Below, in pieces: positions 47,909-60,745 of a stretch of DNA of 64,000 bases. Position numbers and translations under genes: made by a program. Every line of letters starts with the position of its first letter. The first letter of the stretch is position 1. Below the pieces are notes generated by a model. The model did no database searches, was not told the DNA's origin, and worked only from the letters and a program-made list of their open reading frames with translations. Origin of the DNA: Setoptus koraiensis (Eukaryota > Animalia > Arthropoda). The DNA lies in the NCBI GenBank assembly GCA_048013815.1, contig CM106585.1, positions 15,748,001-15,812,000 on the forward strand. The letters run 5' to 3'.

Positions 47909-48024
47909 GCTGTTGTTGTTGCTGTTGTTGCTGTTGTTGTTGTTGTTGCTGTTGTTGTCGTCGTTGGCCCCCTTGGCTGGCTGTAACTGGCTGCCACTGG
48001 CTGCCACTGGCTGCCACTGGCCGC
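47909..48024. repeat. GTT/GCT microsatellite followed by 10-nt repeat GGCTGCCACT
   Basis: Directly visible. Confidence 0.88.
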
Positions 48025-48286
48025 AAACACAACGGCGCCGAGACATTGATAGTTGTTGTGTGATACAAGGTGCTCACACAGTGGGGCCCACTAATCATTT
48101 GGCGCACTGGCGAGGCTGAGGTGCTAAATAGCGGATAGGCTGACATGGCTGCATTACGGGTGTAAATGCACTCACATGGGGCCATAATTACGACGGCTCG
48201 GCCAGACGGAAATGTTGCGCTGTTATATGTCCACTGTTATATAACTTGTACCGCTGCAATAAACATGCACACACGCGCACACATAA

Positions 48287-48505
48287 ACACGGCCCGACAC
48301 CGCTCGACACGGCCCGACACGGCCCGACACCGCCCGACACCGCTCGACACCACACGATACCGCACGATACCGCTCGACACCACACGATACCGCACGATAC
48401 CGCCGGGCACGGACAGATAGCCAGAGATAGCCAGAGACGCCCAGAGCGGCCCAGAGATGCCCAGAGCGGCCCAGAGCGGCCCAGAGATGCCCAGAGGTGC
48501 CCAGA
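48287..48505. repeat. Chain of 10-nt repeats (GGCCCGACAC/CGCTCGACAC/CGCACGATAC, then CCCAGAGATG/CCCAGAGCGG)
   Basis: About 20 consecutive 10-nt units whose sequence changes along the array. Confidence 0.88.
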
Positions 48506-51500
48506 GCCCGCTCAAGCGAGTGCACACGACAACCGGACAACGGTAACGACCGCTCAACGCCGGTCACCGCTGGCCAAACAACTGGCACCGGACGGCCGCT
48601 CTCCGGCTGGGCGGGCGAGCGCGATTGTGTCACTGCGGCTGCCGGCCAGACCAGAATTGCGGGCCCACAGGAAATGAGCACAAGAATCTTATCTGCAGCG
48701 AGCGTCGCATTGAATTATCGCATTGTGTATGGATTGTGTGCATTATTGCGATTGTGCTCATCTGACCGTTCACTTGCGCTGGCCAGATTTATGTGTCGAG
48801 TAAATGTTTGGGCAGAACATTTCGGCTCTATTTAGATTTGCGTCGGTATTGAGGTTGCGGCGCAATCAGTTGCTTGTTTCGCTCGAGTCGCCGGCCACTG
48901 GTCACTGGCGACAATGCCGGCCGAGCGCCGGCCGAATACCTGCCTAATGCCGGCCGAACACCGACCGAATACCGGGCAAGTGCGGGCCGAATCCGGGCCG
49001 AATGCCGGGCAAGCACGGGACAGGTGAGCGGCGGAGTGCGCTAATGAGTTGTTGCCTGTGGCCCAAATTGAATGGTCACAACTTGTGACTCACAAGCCGC
49101 CGATAAAGGCGAATAGAGAACGCAGTGAGTGTGAATGAATAGTAGCGATAAACATTAAATATGAATGAATAGCTACCGGCGCCCTCTCACCGGGCAACTG
49201 GGCGACGCTTGCAGCGGCTGTCCGCCTGGCCGCTGCAATTGCGACGGGCCGGATTAGCCGGCCAGGCAACTCACTGTAAATTATAGCTTGTTTGTGAGTT
49301 TTTGTCTGCGCTGTCGAGCCGGATTGCACGGCCACAGCGGCCGCCACAGCCGAGACTCGCCGGCCCGGATTAATCATTAACGAGCCATAATCGCACTTGA
49401 ACCCGCGACGGCCAGTGAGCTCGCTCGGGCTCAATGGCCATTATGTGGCGTCGGGCCGGCCGCGGCTGACGACACGGCTAACGAGCTGCCCGGCGAGTCC
49501 GCTCAGGGCGCAGTGTTATCATGGCGGCGGCACAGGTGAACGGCGGTCGCTGACAACGCCTCCGAAGCAATTTGGCGCCCTATTAATGCGAGGCTATTAT
49601 CACCTCTGCGTGTCGGCTCGGGACGATCAAAATTTCGCTTGCATCGATTCGGCGCATTCTCGCCCGTGTCGCCCTTGTCGCCGGGCCGCTCTCGAACGGG
49701 CGAACGGGCGAACTGGCGAACTGGCAGCCGATCGGTGGAACGGCCGGCCCGGCGCACGGTCCAGAGTCGAGGTGCTGAGAGCACTAATAGAGAGACGAGC
49801 CGGCAAACAATGGCTTCGCTCAACTGGGTGAAGCCGTGCAAAGTCGACGCTGCGACGGCCGGATTCTCACCGGTGAATTCTCGCGCCGATCCGGCCCGAG
49901 AATGCGCCGGCGAGAGGCTGCCGGCGGAGTGTTGCAATGGACAGATTGAACAGATAATTGCGCCAGTCAGCCAAACGGCGGCTAATTGAGCCGGGGAATT
50001 TTCATTTTCCCCGGGGCAGCTGCTCGCGCTCCCTTTTGGCTGGCACGTCTGCCCTCGGAGTTCTCTGCTCGGCGTTCTTTTCGGGCGACACCTCCCGACC
50101 AGCAGATCCGCACTGCCGAAATGACTGCCTGTCGGGCCTGTCAGGGCCACAGTGGCGAGGGCAGAGATTCGCCCGGCGGGCAGATAATGAATTCGGGGGG
50201 CGCGCTCGCTGGCCGTTGGTCGATCGGCGCACTTGTTGTGATTGAGCCGCACACTCAATTGACTAGGCGGCGCGGGCGCCCACTGAGCGGCGGTCGCACC
50301 GACGCTTGCCGACGCTCGTCGAGTGGCGTCATGCGGAGCGGCGCGCAGCCGATGCCGGTGCGCCGCGCCGACTGCCCGAGCGAACGCACCCATCTCAGGG
50401 CTGAGCGTTCGCAGAGTCGAGCGTTCGCAGAGAGCAGACAAGCGGGCAGCGAGCGCACCTATGGAATGCGCGCCGCACTCGCGTCCCTCCATTAACGGGA
50501 CAATCAACGGGCAGCGGCGCGCTGTTGCGGGATGTTTGTCTGGCTGCCAGTGCTGGCCGGCTGCCAGTGTGACTGCGCCGCAAATGCCAGCCCGAGCGCC
50601 CGCAACCGCCGCTTGCCGTCGGGCGGGCGACGCGCCACGGGCCGGCTTTTATGCAAGCGTTGCGCTACTTTTGACGCTCGATCCGTGCCAATCGTTAGAG
50701 AGCGACTTTTTGGCACTCGAGAGCGCACTTTGCCACTGACACTAAACTGCCGCGCTGGCCGGCGGTCCCCCGGGCGCCACGGGGTGCGATCGTCGCAATT
50801 GCGCTGGCGGCTGGCGCGATAGTGCCGCGCCGCGCGAGATAATTTATTTTTGAGAAGTGGGGGCCTCGCTGGCGGCCACCAGAGTCCCGTCACCAGACTC
50901 TGGTGACTGCCGCAACTGCTGCGGCTCCCGTGACTCCCGCGCCCGGAGACGAGAGGCGACGAGCGACGACGAGCGACGACGAGCGACGACGAGAGCGCGA
51001 TAATGAGCACCGCGAATTCGCAATAATAATGAGCTCGCGCCGGCTCACCTTTGGGCCCCAACGCCGAGGCGGCGGCTTGTCTCGGGGCTCGCGCGACCCA
51101 CTCGCGGCGCGCCTATGGACTCCATAGCATGGGGCGCGCACTGGGCCGCTCGTTGCCACGTGTTGATGGGCTCGCGTTGGTGGGCCCGAAACCGAATGCA
51201 ACCTTTGCGACTCTTGACTTTGTTGCTGTCGCTGTCGGCGGCCCGTGAGCCGCTTTGCTGTTGCTGGCGGGCCGCTTAGCGCCGGTCGCGGGCCGCGGCG
51301 GAATCGCGGCACTCACCAGCTCTGGCGACCAGAGTCGCGGCCGGCAACGTTGCCACTCGCATGTTCGAACGGCCGGCCGGAGCCCGCCGAACGAGCGGCC
51401 CGAAGATGTTTCGAATTGGTGTCATTGTCCTCGCGACATGCGGCCTCGTGCGGTTCGGGCCGCGCTGTTCGCTTGTGCGGCCCGAGCGCCAGCCAACTAT

Positions 51501-52230
51501 TACCCGCTGGCATTCGCGCACCGAAAATATACTTGCCGTTTGCGCAGTGATTGCAGCGTCACCGCGGCAGCGACTTGCATCGCTTCGACGTTCGAAACAT
51601 GCTCGTGCCACAAGGAACGCTCGCAAAAGAATTCCTCGCTCGCTATCTCGTGCTCCGCATCTCTCAGCTTCTCACGGCATTTCGCAGCATCTTACGGCAT
51701 CTCGCAGCGTCTCGCAGCACCGCAGCGGCCCGAAGTAGGTGGCGTGAGATGCGGCCGACGCGACTTGCGAACGCGCCCTGCGAACGCGACCGTTCGCGAG
51801 CACTCGCAACGCTCGATTCGCAACTCTATTCGGCTGCTAATTTACAATTTCGAGCCCGGCAGCTCGATCGTTGCCACTCGGCGACACACTTTTGGCAACA
51901 GTGCACTCGCCACGGCACCCGGGCGCCAAAAACTGAATAGCAGGCGCCCAGCGGGGGCCCGCCAGCCCGCCCCGTTAACATGCCGTCGTCAGGCTCGCTA
52001 TTATTGCGCCCCATCGGTGGGCTGGCTCGGCGCCCCCAATCTCGCGATTGGGCAGCGCGAATGGGGCCCGAGAAGCTAGACACGATTGGTGCTGTGAGTG
52101 TCGTGCTGATAGTGGCCGATGGCTGCTGCTAGTCGGCGACAGTTGGCGGTGCTGCGGCACCCGCTGCGCACCAATCGCATTGCGACAATCTCGAATTGCC
52201 GCGACGAGCTCGCGGGCGACAGTCGAACCT

Positions 52231-52277
52231 GTTCGAAGCTGTTCGTAGCCGTTCGAAGCTGTTCGAAGCCGTTCAAA
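52231..52277. repeat. 10-nt tandem repeat GTTCGAAGCT
   Basis: Four to five units. Confidence 0.85.
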
Positions 52278-53145
52278 ACAGTCTGCAAACAGACGGCGTC
52301 TGCTCGCAATCGGGGCCCCTCGCACGCCAAATCCGGGCGTGGGCGGCACAGGTGACTGGCTGGCGAGCGCTGGTATAATAATATCGAGGCTAGACCGTCC
52401 GCAGCGGCCGCATCTCGCGAGCATTGTTCCGCTTCGGGGCGACGCATTGTCTCGCGGCGCTCGCTGCGCCCGACAGCCCAAGGTGGCTCCGTTGGCTCAT
52501 TATTGGGGTGCCTGGCGTGTCGAAATGAAAGAATTGTAAACAAATTGCGTCGCGAGCGGCGTTGTTGTTGTCGCTGTCGTCGCTGGTTTCGTTGTTGTCG
52601 CTGTCGTCGTTGTCGTCGCTGGTTTGGCTGGTTTCGGTGTCGGTGTTGTCGGTGTGGGCGCGCTCGTTGGCGCTGCGGCGACTCGCGAACAAAGCCACTC
52701 GACCGTCGGGCCCGGTTGTGCCGCACAACTTGTGCGCCGCCAGGGCACGGGCACAAGTGCCCGGGATACGGGACGAAAGTCGTCAAAAGGCTCGCTCGTC
52801 AGCGGCAACAATACATAAATAATGGCGGCTGTGTCATGATAATTTACGGGCACGCACGCACTCACTTAGTCGTCGGCGCTGGCGTCCATTATCAATTCAC
52901 TTGTCCGCTTGTCCGCTCGTCCGCTCGTCCGCTTGTCCGCGGATATAGGAGCCTGTCCGCGGATGTGGAGGCTTCTTTATGGATATGAGCTCAGACGGCC
53001 AAATTATTGCAACCACTGCCCGCGACACCCATTCTCACGGCGGCCGAGAGAGGGAGGAGGGCGCGTTGTGCGCCCGTGCAAAAAGCTGCAAACGTATGCA
53101 TGCAACGAGAGCCGGCCACAGAATTCCTTTGTTGTGTTCGAGCGC

Positions 53146-53214
53146 TCGAACGTCGAACCTTCGAATTTTCTTCAAACCTTCGAACGTCGAACCTTCGAAC
53201 GTCGAACCTTGGAA
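53146..53214. repeat. 15-nt imperfect repeat TCGAACGTCGAACCT
   Basis: Three copies with a spacer. Confidence 0.8.
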
Positions 53215-56200
53215 TTTTCTTCGAAAGCCGAACGCCGAACGGGAGGCGGGCCGCGCCAGTTTGACGCGAGTTGCTCTAAAACCAAGTTGTGCAAGCTCGT
53301 GCCAGCCACGGTGTGTCGCTCACCGATTTCGGGTCCGGTTCGCATTCTTTTGCGGGCGTCGCTGGCTTCGAAGCGTCGCCTTGCAAGCGACACGCGGCTG
53401 CGCGCCAGTCGCCGGCAGCTGGCCGGTCGCTGGCGAGCTCGGGCGCCCCAAGCGGACGGCACCGACAACAAGTTGCTCGATGGGATTACATTGCGAGTGG
53501 GCGTGGATCCGCTGCCGCGGCAGCAGCGGCAGCCGGTCGGCCGCTAATAACAACAGACGATAATAATAATGCTCACAATGATAATAATAAATAAGTGCCG
53601 GCCCCGCACCGACTGTCGCTGGCACGCCCAATGGATGCTAGAGATAATTCAAATTTGTGCCACTTGTGCCAGCGACCAGCCAGCCAACTCCCTGTTTGAG
53701 GGAGATCTCCAATTGATTGTTGGGGCACCCAATTGATTGTTGGGGCACAAACGGGGCCACAGACAGAATGGCCCACTGGCAAACTCGACTGTCCCCTGTA
53801 AACTGCACAGCGTAAACTGTGCGGCGTAAAGTCACCTGTCGGCCAGTGTCCGGCGAGCGACTGGCGAACAGTTGGGGCCCCGAACTGTTCATCGGCGCTT
53901 GCTATTTCGTTGTAGCTGCTGTTGCGCCGTGGCTGGATATTCTGGCAGCTTGGATATTTTGTTGCAACTTGCAACGCGTTACTGCATTCTGTCGCGTCGC
54001 CCCATTTGCCTGCTTCGAATGGCCAGTCAAATGAGTCGAGAGTCGCACTGTGAGTCGCACTGCGAGAGGCCCCGGCGGTTGCCGGCAGCGGACGCCGAGC
54101 GGTGGCCAGTGGATTAGTGATGGCACAAGTGGGGCGACTCTTTTAAAAGTCATTAGTGTCAGCACACTTATTACTGCCATTTGGGTGCCCACTGGCAGTG
54201 GGCTGCATCAGCTGCGCCCACTGCCAGTGGCTGTTGTTGTGAGTGGCAAACCTATTTTGGCTAACAAACCTTAGCTAGACCTTATTGCGTAACTCACTAC
54301 TTAATACGTGTATTAGGTTGTTGTGCAATGAGTATTACGTATTACGTATTACGTAAGAGTAACGGGCACGGGCCGATGTTTATCCGGAGTAACTGCGCCA
54401 AACGGTTGTTATTCGTGTGCTGCAACAATTGCTGCGCCGACAATTGGCCCGCCCGCCCGCCCGCACACACTGGCAGCTTACGTAACAACTTTCGCTTGCG
54501 TAACAACTGCCGCTTGCGTAACGACACTGCTGCTGCTGCTTGCTGTTATGCAACCACGGGCCCGAGCTGCACAACGAAGCACCTGACAACGGCCTCACTT
54601 GCAACTTGCAAATTGCGAGCGCCAGCGAAAGATCCGCCAGCAATCCGTGTTCGGAGGCCCAGTGAGTGGCTGTTGTTTTGGTTAGTTGGTTGGTTTGTGT
54701 TGGGGGCGCCGCTTGCGAGCCACCGGCGCTAATACACAAAATAAATAAGCGCGGGCGCCGATATAAACAAGCTAAACGGATATAAACACAACAAATATTG
54801 TGCCATGTGTGTCGGCGGCATTTGGCTAATTACCGCAGCGGCCGATGTGCACAGCAGCCAGTTGGCGCCCGCGTGTGACCCGCACCCGACCCACAATTAC
54901 CGCACCACTGCTCGGCTGCGCGCCCGCCATCTTGACTCGAGCCGCCCGAGTCAAGCCGCTCGAGTCGAGCCGCCTGAGGTGTCGCCGGGCTCGGTTCGCT
55001 GCCGCAGCGGCGGCCCGAGCGGGAGAATTGCGCAGCGTCATAAATGTAATGGCGAGTATGACATTGCTGCGCCCCGTCGACTGCTCGCACGAGCCGCACG
55101 GGCCGCACGAGCCCCAATGCCGCTATGTGCACTTGCCGTGCACAGTGCGCTGCGTCTTGCTGAACGACACGCCGGCGTGTCGGCGGGCGCGCGGATATAG
55201 AGCGCGCAAGCACGGGAACCGCATCCATTTGGCCGGGCCCGCTCATTAATGGATGGCGGCGGGCGCCGGCGTAAGTGGCTCTCGTGTGGTGCGTGTGCTG
55301 GCAGCGGCCGACGATCGTCGTAGCGAGCACACAAGCGACGAGTGCGCACCACTTACACGAGCTGGCACACAATGGGGCCCATAATGGCGAGCGCCGACAG
55401 CGAGCGACAACTCGCTGCAAATTAGAATAATTCTTTGTTCGGGGGGCCCCACTGGCATTGTGCAATACCTACGGAGTGCACACAGCATAGAGTGTGTGTA
55501 GTATGGACGGGGGCCGAAATTGGACATAACTGGCAGTTGTCGCATCAACAACACAGCGCCGATCTGCGGCTGACACTTGAGGTGCATTGTTGTCGACTTG
55601 TCTTATTCCGTCGGACTGTCGCTGGGTTGTCGGCGTCGTCGTCGTGGGCTCTGTCTCAGATTGCCGGCCGCCACGGCTCGTCTTGCTGCAGTTGGCGCGC
55701 CCACGGGGCCCCGCCAAAGACGCCGCACCAACATAACTGCTTATTGCGACTACCTGGTGCTAGTTACGCAATAAGCGCAAGGTAAGCACAGTGAGGGCCA
55801 TCAATATGCTGGCACGCCAACAAGCACGCCAACAACGGCGCCAACAACAACAGCGACAACGACGCCGACAACGACAACAACAGCAACAGCGCGCTCGTAT
55901 GGCAACTGTAATTACGTAATATGATATCTGGTATCAGGGGCGACACGCACTCTCCAGATGGGACGCTCGTAGCAGCCGGATGGGGGCAGCCACGGCCAAA
56001 GGTCGCGGGGCCCGTTGACTTTTGCTCTCGCGTGCTGCTTTGTTTGTTGTTGCTGGCTTATCTTGCTCAAACCGTTGTTGTCGTTGCTGTTGTCGCTGCT
56101 GCTGTCGTTGTTGTTGTTGTCGGTGCTGCTGCCGCCGCGAGCGGCGCAATATTATTGGGGCCAACGTCAAAGCACAAACAGCAGCAGTGTTATTGCTGCT

Positions 56201-57466
56201 GATGATATTAGATCACAGAGACAATCAGACAGACAGAATAACAACAACAACCACAACAGCTGATGCTCGCCGCCAGTGAGCACGCTGAGCATGATAAATC
56301 GCGCTGGCAGCAAATTGTGTTCAGCCCTGTTCAGTGGGGCCCCCCGGCCCCAGCCCCAGCGACAGTGAAAGCGACAGTGAAAGCGACAGTGAAAGGTTCA
56401 CGCAGAGATGGCAAGAAGTGAAACAGATGGACAGAGGCAATATCGGCCACTTGGCTCGCGGCGCGCACATTCATTGACAGCCGGCCAGCGAGGGGCAATC
56501 ATTACGCAATCAATTAGATGCAGCGGCGCCACGTAGCTGCGCCTCGTTGCGCGCGCTGATTGCGCCCCAACGTGCCCAATGTGACTGCTGTTGTGGTTGG
56601 CGCTGCTGTTGTGGTTGTTGTTGCAGTTGCTGTCGTTGTCGCAGTTGTTGTTGCTGTTGTTGTTGCTGTTGTTGTTGCGACTGCACAAATCTGGCCAGAG
56701 ACAGTGTAACATGTGAGTTATACAAGTTGATGCGCAGCGCCAAACTGCCACCATTTGGCGCCCTTGCCGCTCGCACTGACCGTTGAATGGGCGAGTTCAA
56801 CGACCACCAATGGCCGCGATGACGGCCGACTCGCTCGGGCGCCCCAATCAGCCCGTCCATTTGGAGCCGCTCGGATCCATTTGCTGCCGCTCGGGCCTGG
56901 CCGGGCTCGTCTAAATCGAATCGGACGCTTCGGATTCCGAGCGGCTTGTTCGCATCCATCATCCTCTGCGGGCCGGTGTGTCGTGTTGCGCAGTGCACAT
57001 GTGTGCACATATTGCGATGCTGCAGATTGGCCGCGAGCGAGTTTGTGCTGCAACTTGCCCCCGCTGACAGTTACATAATGCGCGCTACATAATTACGTAA
57101 CGTTGCATTATGTAACGCGTTACGTAATGGGCGCGATATTAAAACAAGGCCGCTGCTCTTCGTTCAGTTAACGCTGCTCATGGGGCGCCTAGCGGCAAAA
57201 CAACAAAAAACAAGCCGGAGCTGATTTTGCGAGGGGCGATCTTGTCAGCTGTTGGCAAGTTCACAAGTCAAGTTTAATACAAGCTGGCTAACTGTGCCCC
57301 AAATGATATCGTTTATCTGGGCCCCAGCGTCGATGATGAAACCGTTTGAGTTGAGAGCAAAGTTGATACAGGCTGCGCGCACATACAAACTTCACGGCAA
57401 CTTGAAACAATGTGCACTGTCGCAATCTAATCACGTCATCGCCCTTTGCCGCCAGTGGGCCGATTG

Positions 57467-57535
57467 CGTCATCGTGGTCATCGTGGTCATCGTCGTCATC
57501 GTGGTCATCGTCATCATCGTGGTCATTGTCGTCAC
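57467..57535. repeat. 9-nt repeat CATCGTGGT/CATCGTCGT
   Basis: About 7 units. Confidence 0.85.
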
Positions 57536-59747
57536 GATAATGACGCAACAAAATGATCGCCGAGATTGCGTTTCGTCGTGGCCTGGCTCGCGGTCGCCTA
57601 AGCGGTGGCCCGTTTTGTTTCGCTGGGCGTCAGTGAGGGGGCGCGGAGCAGTTTTGCAAGTTGCAACATTGTCACTCTGGCAACAACAGCAACAGCCAAG
57701 AGACAGCGAGGGGCCGCAATCACAGCCAGTCTCGGCCAGCAGCGTGCCGTTATTAAAAGTCATCTTTCACCTGACAGAGCGACCCTCCATTGAGTCGTCA
57801 GCGGGCCGCATGACACGAGGCCGCTCATTTATCTCCTCAGCGGCCTGAGCGACCTCTGCCGTCTCAGCCGCCTCAGCCGCCTTAGCCGGCTCAGCGGGCC
57901 TCGTCTGGCCAGCTGACCAGCCTGCGCTGAAGCGGCCGTCGAAGGTGCACGCTGTTGCGCAATTGTGTGCCGATTGGGGCCTTCATTTGGCGAGATTTAT
58001 TTATTTATGTCGCTCAGTTGGTGTCAGCTCGCTCGCCGTGGGCTCGCTTGGCGCCGAAATGAGCACGACGAATTGAGCGAATCGCGCGTTATTCACGCCC
58101 GCTGCTGGCTCGTGCAGCAGCGCAAATTTATGCGCAAAAGCAAGCGACCCGGCCCGACAAGCGGCACCACAAGACGGCCCGGCGGTTAGGTGAGACATAA
58201 CGGTCATTGTCGGCGCCGCCATTGTTCGCCGGCCCGACAGACAAACGAGCACAAGCCTAACCGTTATGTTATAACGGGATCATCATTATTATGCAAGAGG
58301 TGCGCTTGGCGCGAATATGTTTGCGCGAGGCGCAGCTCGGTTTATATACACTGGGTACGTTTGCACTTGGCTCACAGACTTGCACGTGAACACATACAAG
58401 AATATACAAGCGACTACACAAGTGGGCCACATAGCAAGGTATTGCGCGGGCCGTCAGTTTGGGGGCCAGAAGTGACTGGCTGCATGGTGGCGCTGCGCCA
58501 ATCCGAACGCAAGAGTAATGTGCGTTTTATGTGCCCCAATGCGTTGTTTGCGCGTGCCGGATAACGGATAAATAACGGTTAGGTTGGTGCACGCAGCTCG
58601 ACGACGGCCGCCCGCCGCCCGCCGCTCGAGCCTCGAGTCGGCCCGTCGGCCCGTTGACTTGTTAGCAGTCGCTGTTTGCTCGCTGTATTTCGCATGTGAC
58701 GCAACACAATCTATTCATCTTTCGCCTGCATCGGGCCCCGCGTGTCCCCGCGTTGCGCGTCTCGCCGCGTGCAACGCGAGCCAAAAAATTTGGCACAGCC
58801 AGAGAATGAGCGCGTAATGAGGCCGTTGGGCGCCGTGCAGCGCCCGGTCGCCCTATCGCCCGTTTAGGCTCAGCGAGCTCGCGCGGCTCGGTCCGCCGGC
58901 GGCCCGATCGAGCGGCGGCGGCCGCGAGCACAAGTCAGCGGGCGAGTCACATTCTGCATGCGTTATCGAGTTATTACTGAGTTGCCGCATGTATATACAG
59001 ACAGATATATACAGATACACAGAGAGTATTTATATATTTTTGCGGGCCCAACACAGTCGGCCGGCAATTGGGCAACGGGCAACGGGCGATGGCGGACGCA
59101 GATTATGAGCGGCACGAGCCCGCTGATAATCGGATCTGATGCGATCATGGGCCCCGATAAGCCAGAGTAAACAAGGCGCACAGTGCGCGCGATATTGTGC
59201 GTCCAATGAAAAATGATGAGCGCGCCACAAGTAAGACGCTCGCTGGCTCGCTTATCCGACTTACGTCATGTTGACTGTTGCCGTTGCTTGCCGGTGCCGG
59301 CCAGCCCACTGTGCAGTGTTAACAGTTTGGCCCGGTCGCTCGGCTTGCGTCGGGCCCGCGTCGCTTGGCTCGTCGGCGCCTCTCTCCGGCGGCCTCGTTG
59401 CCAGCCGGAGAGAGGGGCCGATTATTGCGCGTGCCGAGCAGCGAGCTGCTTGTTTCTCTGGCAACTTGCCGCGACTGTGCGCGATTTTGCGCGACTTGCG
59501 CGACTTGCCGCCACTTGCCGTCGCTTGCGGCCACTTGCACAGCTCGGCAGTGAACTTTTCGGGGCCGGGCCCCGAAAAGTTTTCGGCAGAAACAACGAGC
59601 GCGACAGCCTATCGCCGATAGGAGAAAACGGGAGGCAACGAAGGCGAGGAGCAAAGTCAAATCTCGTCCTCTGACTCAAGCGGCGAGATTTGACGGGCCG
59701 GTTTCGGCTCGACCGGCCGCTCGCGCGATCGAGCCGAGACCGGGCGA

Positions 59748-59820
59748 AATGGGAGAAACGGGAGAGAAGGGAGAAATGGGAGAAAAGGGAGAAAAGGGAG
59801 AATCGGGAGAGGAGGGAGAA
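59748..59820. repeat. 9-nt purine-rich repeat GGGAGAAAN
   Basis: About 8 units. Confidence 0.85.
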
Positions 59821-60686
59821 GTGAGCGGAATGAGTCGCCACGGCCGCAGATTTGCCGGTGGCGGGCGGTTGTTGCGAGCTGTTGTTGTTGTCGCGGCCCC
59901 GACAATCAAAGTTTGGCCGTCTGATTGCGCAGTCGGCCCCGTCTGATTGCACGAGCGCGGACACGAGCGCGAGCGGATAGTGGCAAACGGATAATTTGTT
60001 TTATCCTTTGTTTGTTTCCATTTGCGGGCCATTTTGTTCTTTCATCGCTCCACTGTTACCGCTGTGTGATCTGCTCGCGGGCGACTCGGCCAATCTCTTC
60101 GCGGGCCCGGAGACGGGCCCACACAATTGGCGTGCCCATGAATAAGGAAGCGGCTTATCGCGAGCGGGCTCGCTGTGTGCGGCGGCCCGGCGAGCGGCCG
60201 ACAAATCTGAGTGCGAGCCAAATCTGGTGGCCACACGCACTGGCTAATACTCTGACAATGGCAGCCAGCGATCATTAGGACCTACTTATCGCTTTGCACA
60301 CAGCCAACCTGTATATAACGTGTATGGATATTCGAGGGTATAGCTGGGCAAACGTGGGTATGTATGGGTGTAGATGGACAGATATAGATGGGGGGCGGAT
60401 AATCACGGCGATTGGATTGCAAACATGAACTATGGCCGCCGGGCCCAACAATGAAAAGCAAATCCACTCTGGCGTTGCCGTCTCATACATTTAGCTGTTA
60501 CATATCCGATCAATTGGATTTGGCTGGCGCTGTCGCATGCGCCCCAGTCAGTTCATCTAATAACGGGCTGCAAACTTGAATTTTGTTTCTGTGTGTATGT
60601 TTATCGCCAGGGTATGATCGCCGTGGCCGCTCGATCAGGTTACCCAGTGGCGCACTAATGGACCGTTGAGCGCGCTCATTCAAACA

Positions 60687-60745
60687 TATCCGCTGGCCGC
60701 TCGCTTATCCGCCGGCCGCTCGCTTATCCGCTGGCCGCTCGCTGG
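60687..60745. repeat. 19-nt tandem repeat TTATCCGCTGGCCGCTCGC x3
   Basis: Three near-identical units. Confidence 0.85.

Noticed and set aside
57158-57170. 13-nt identity (CTTCGTTCAGTTA) to the Oxford Nanopore adapter
   Set aside because: The match does not extend, and flanking sequence is continuous with its surroundings; compatible with chance.
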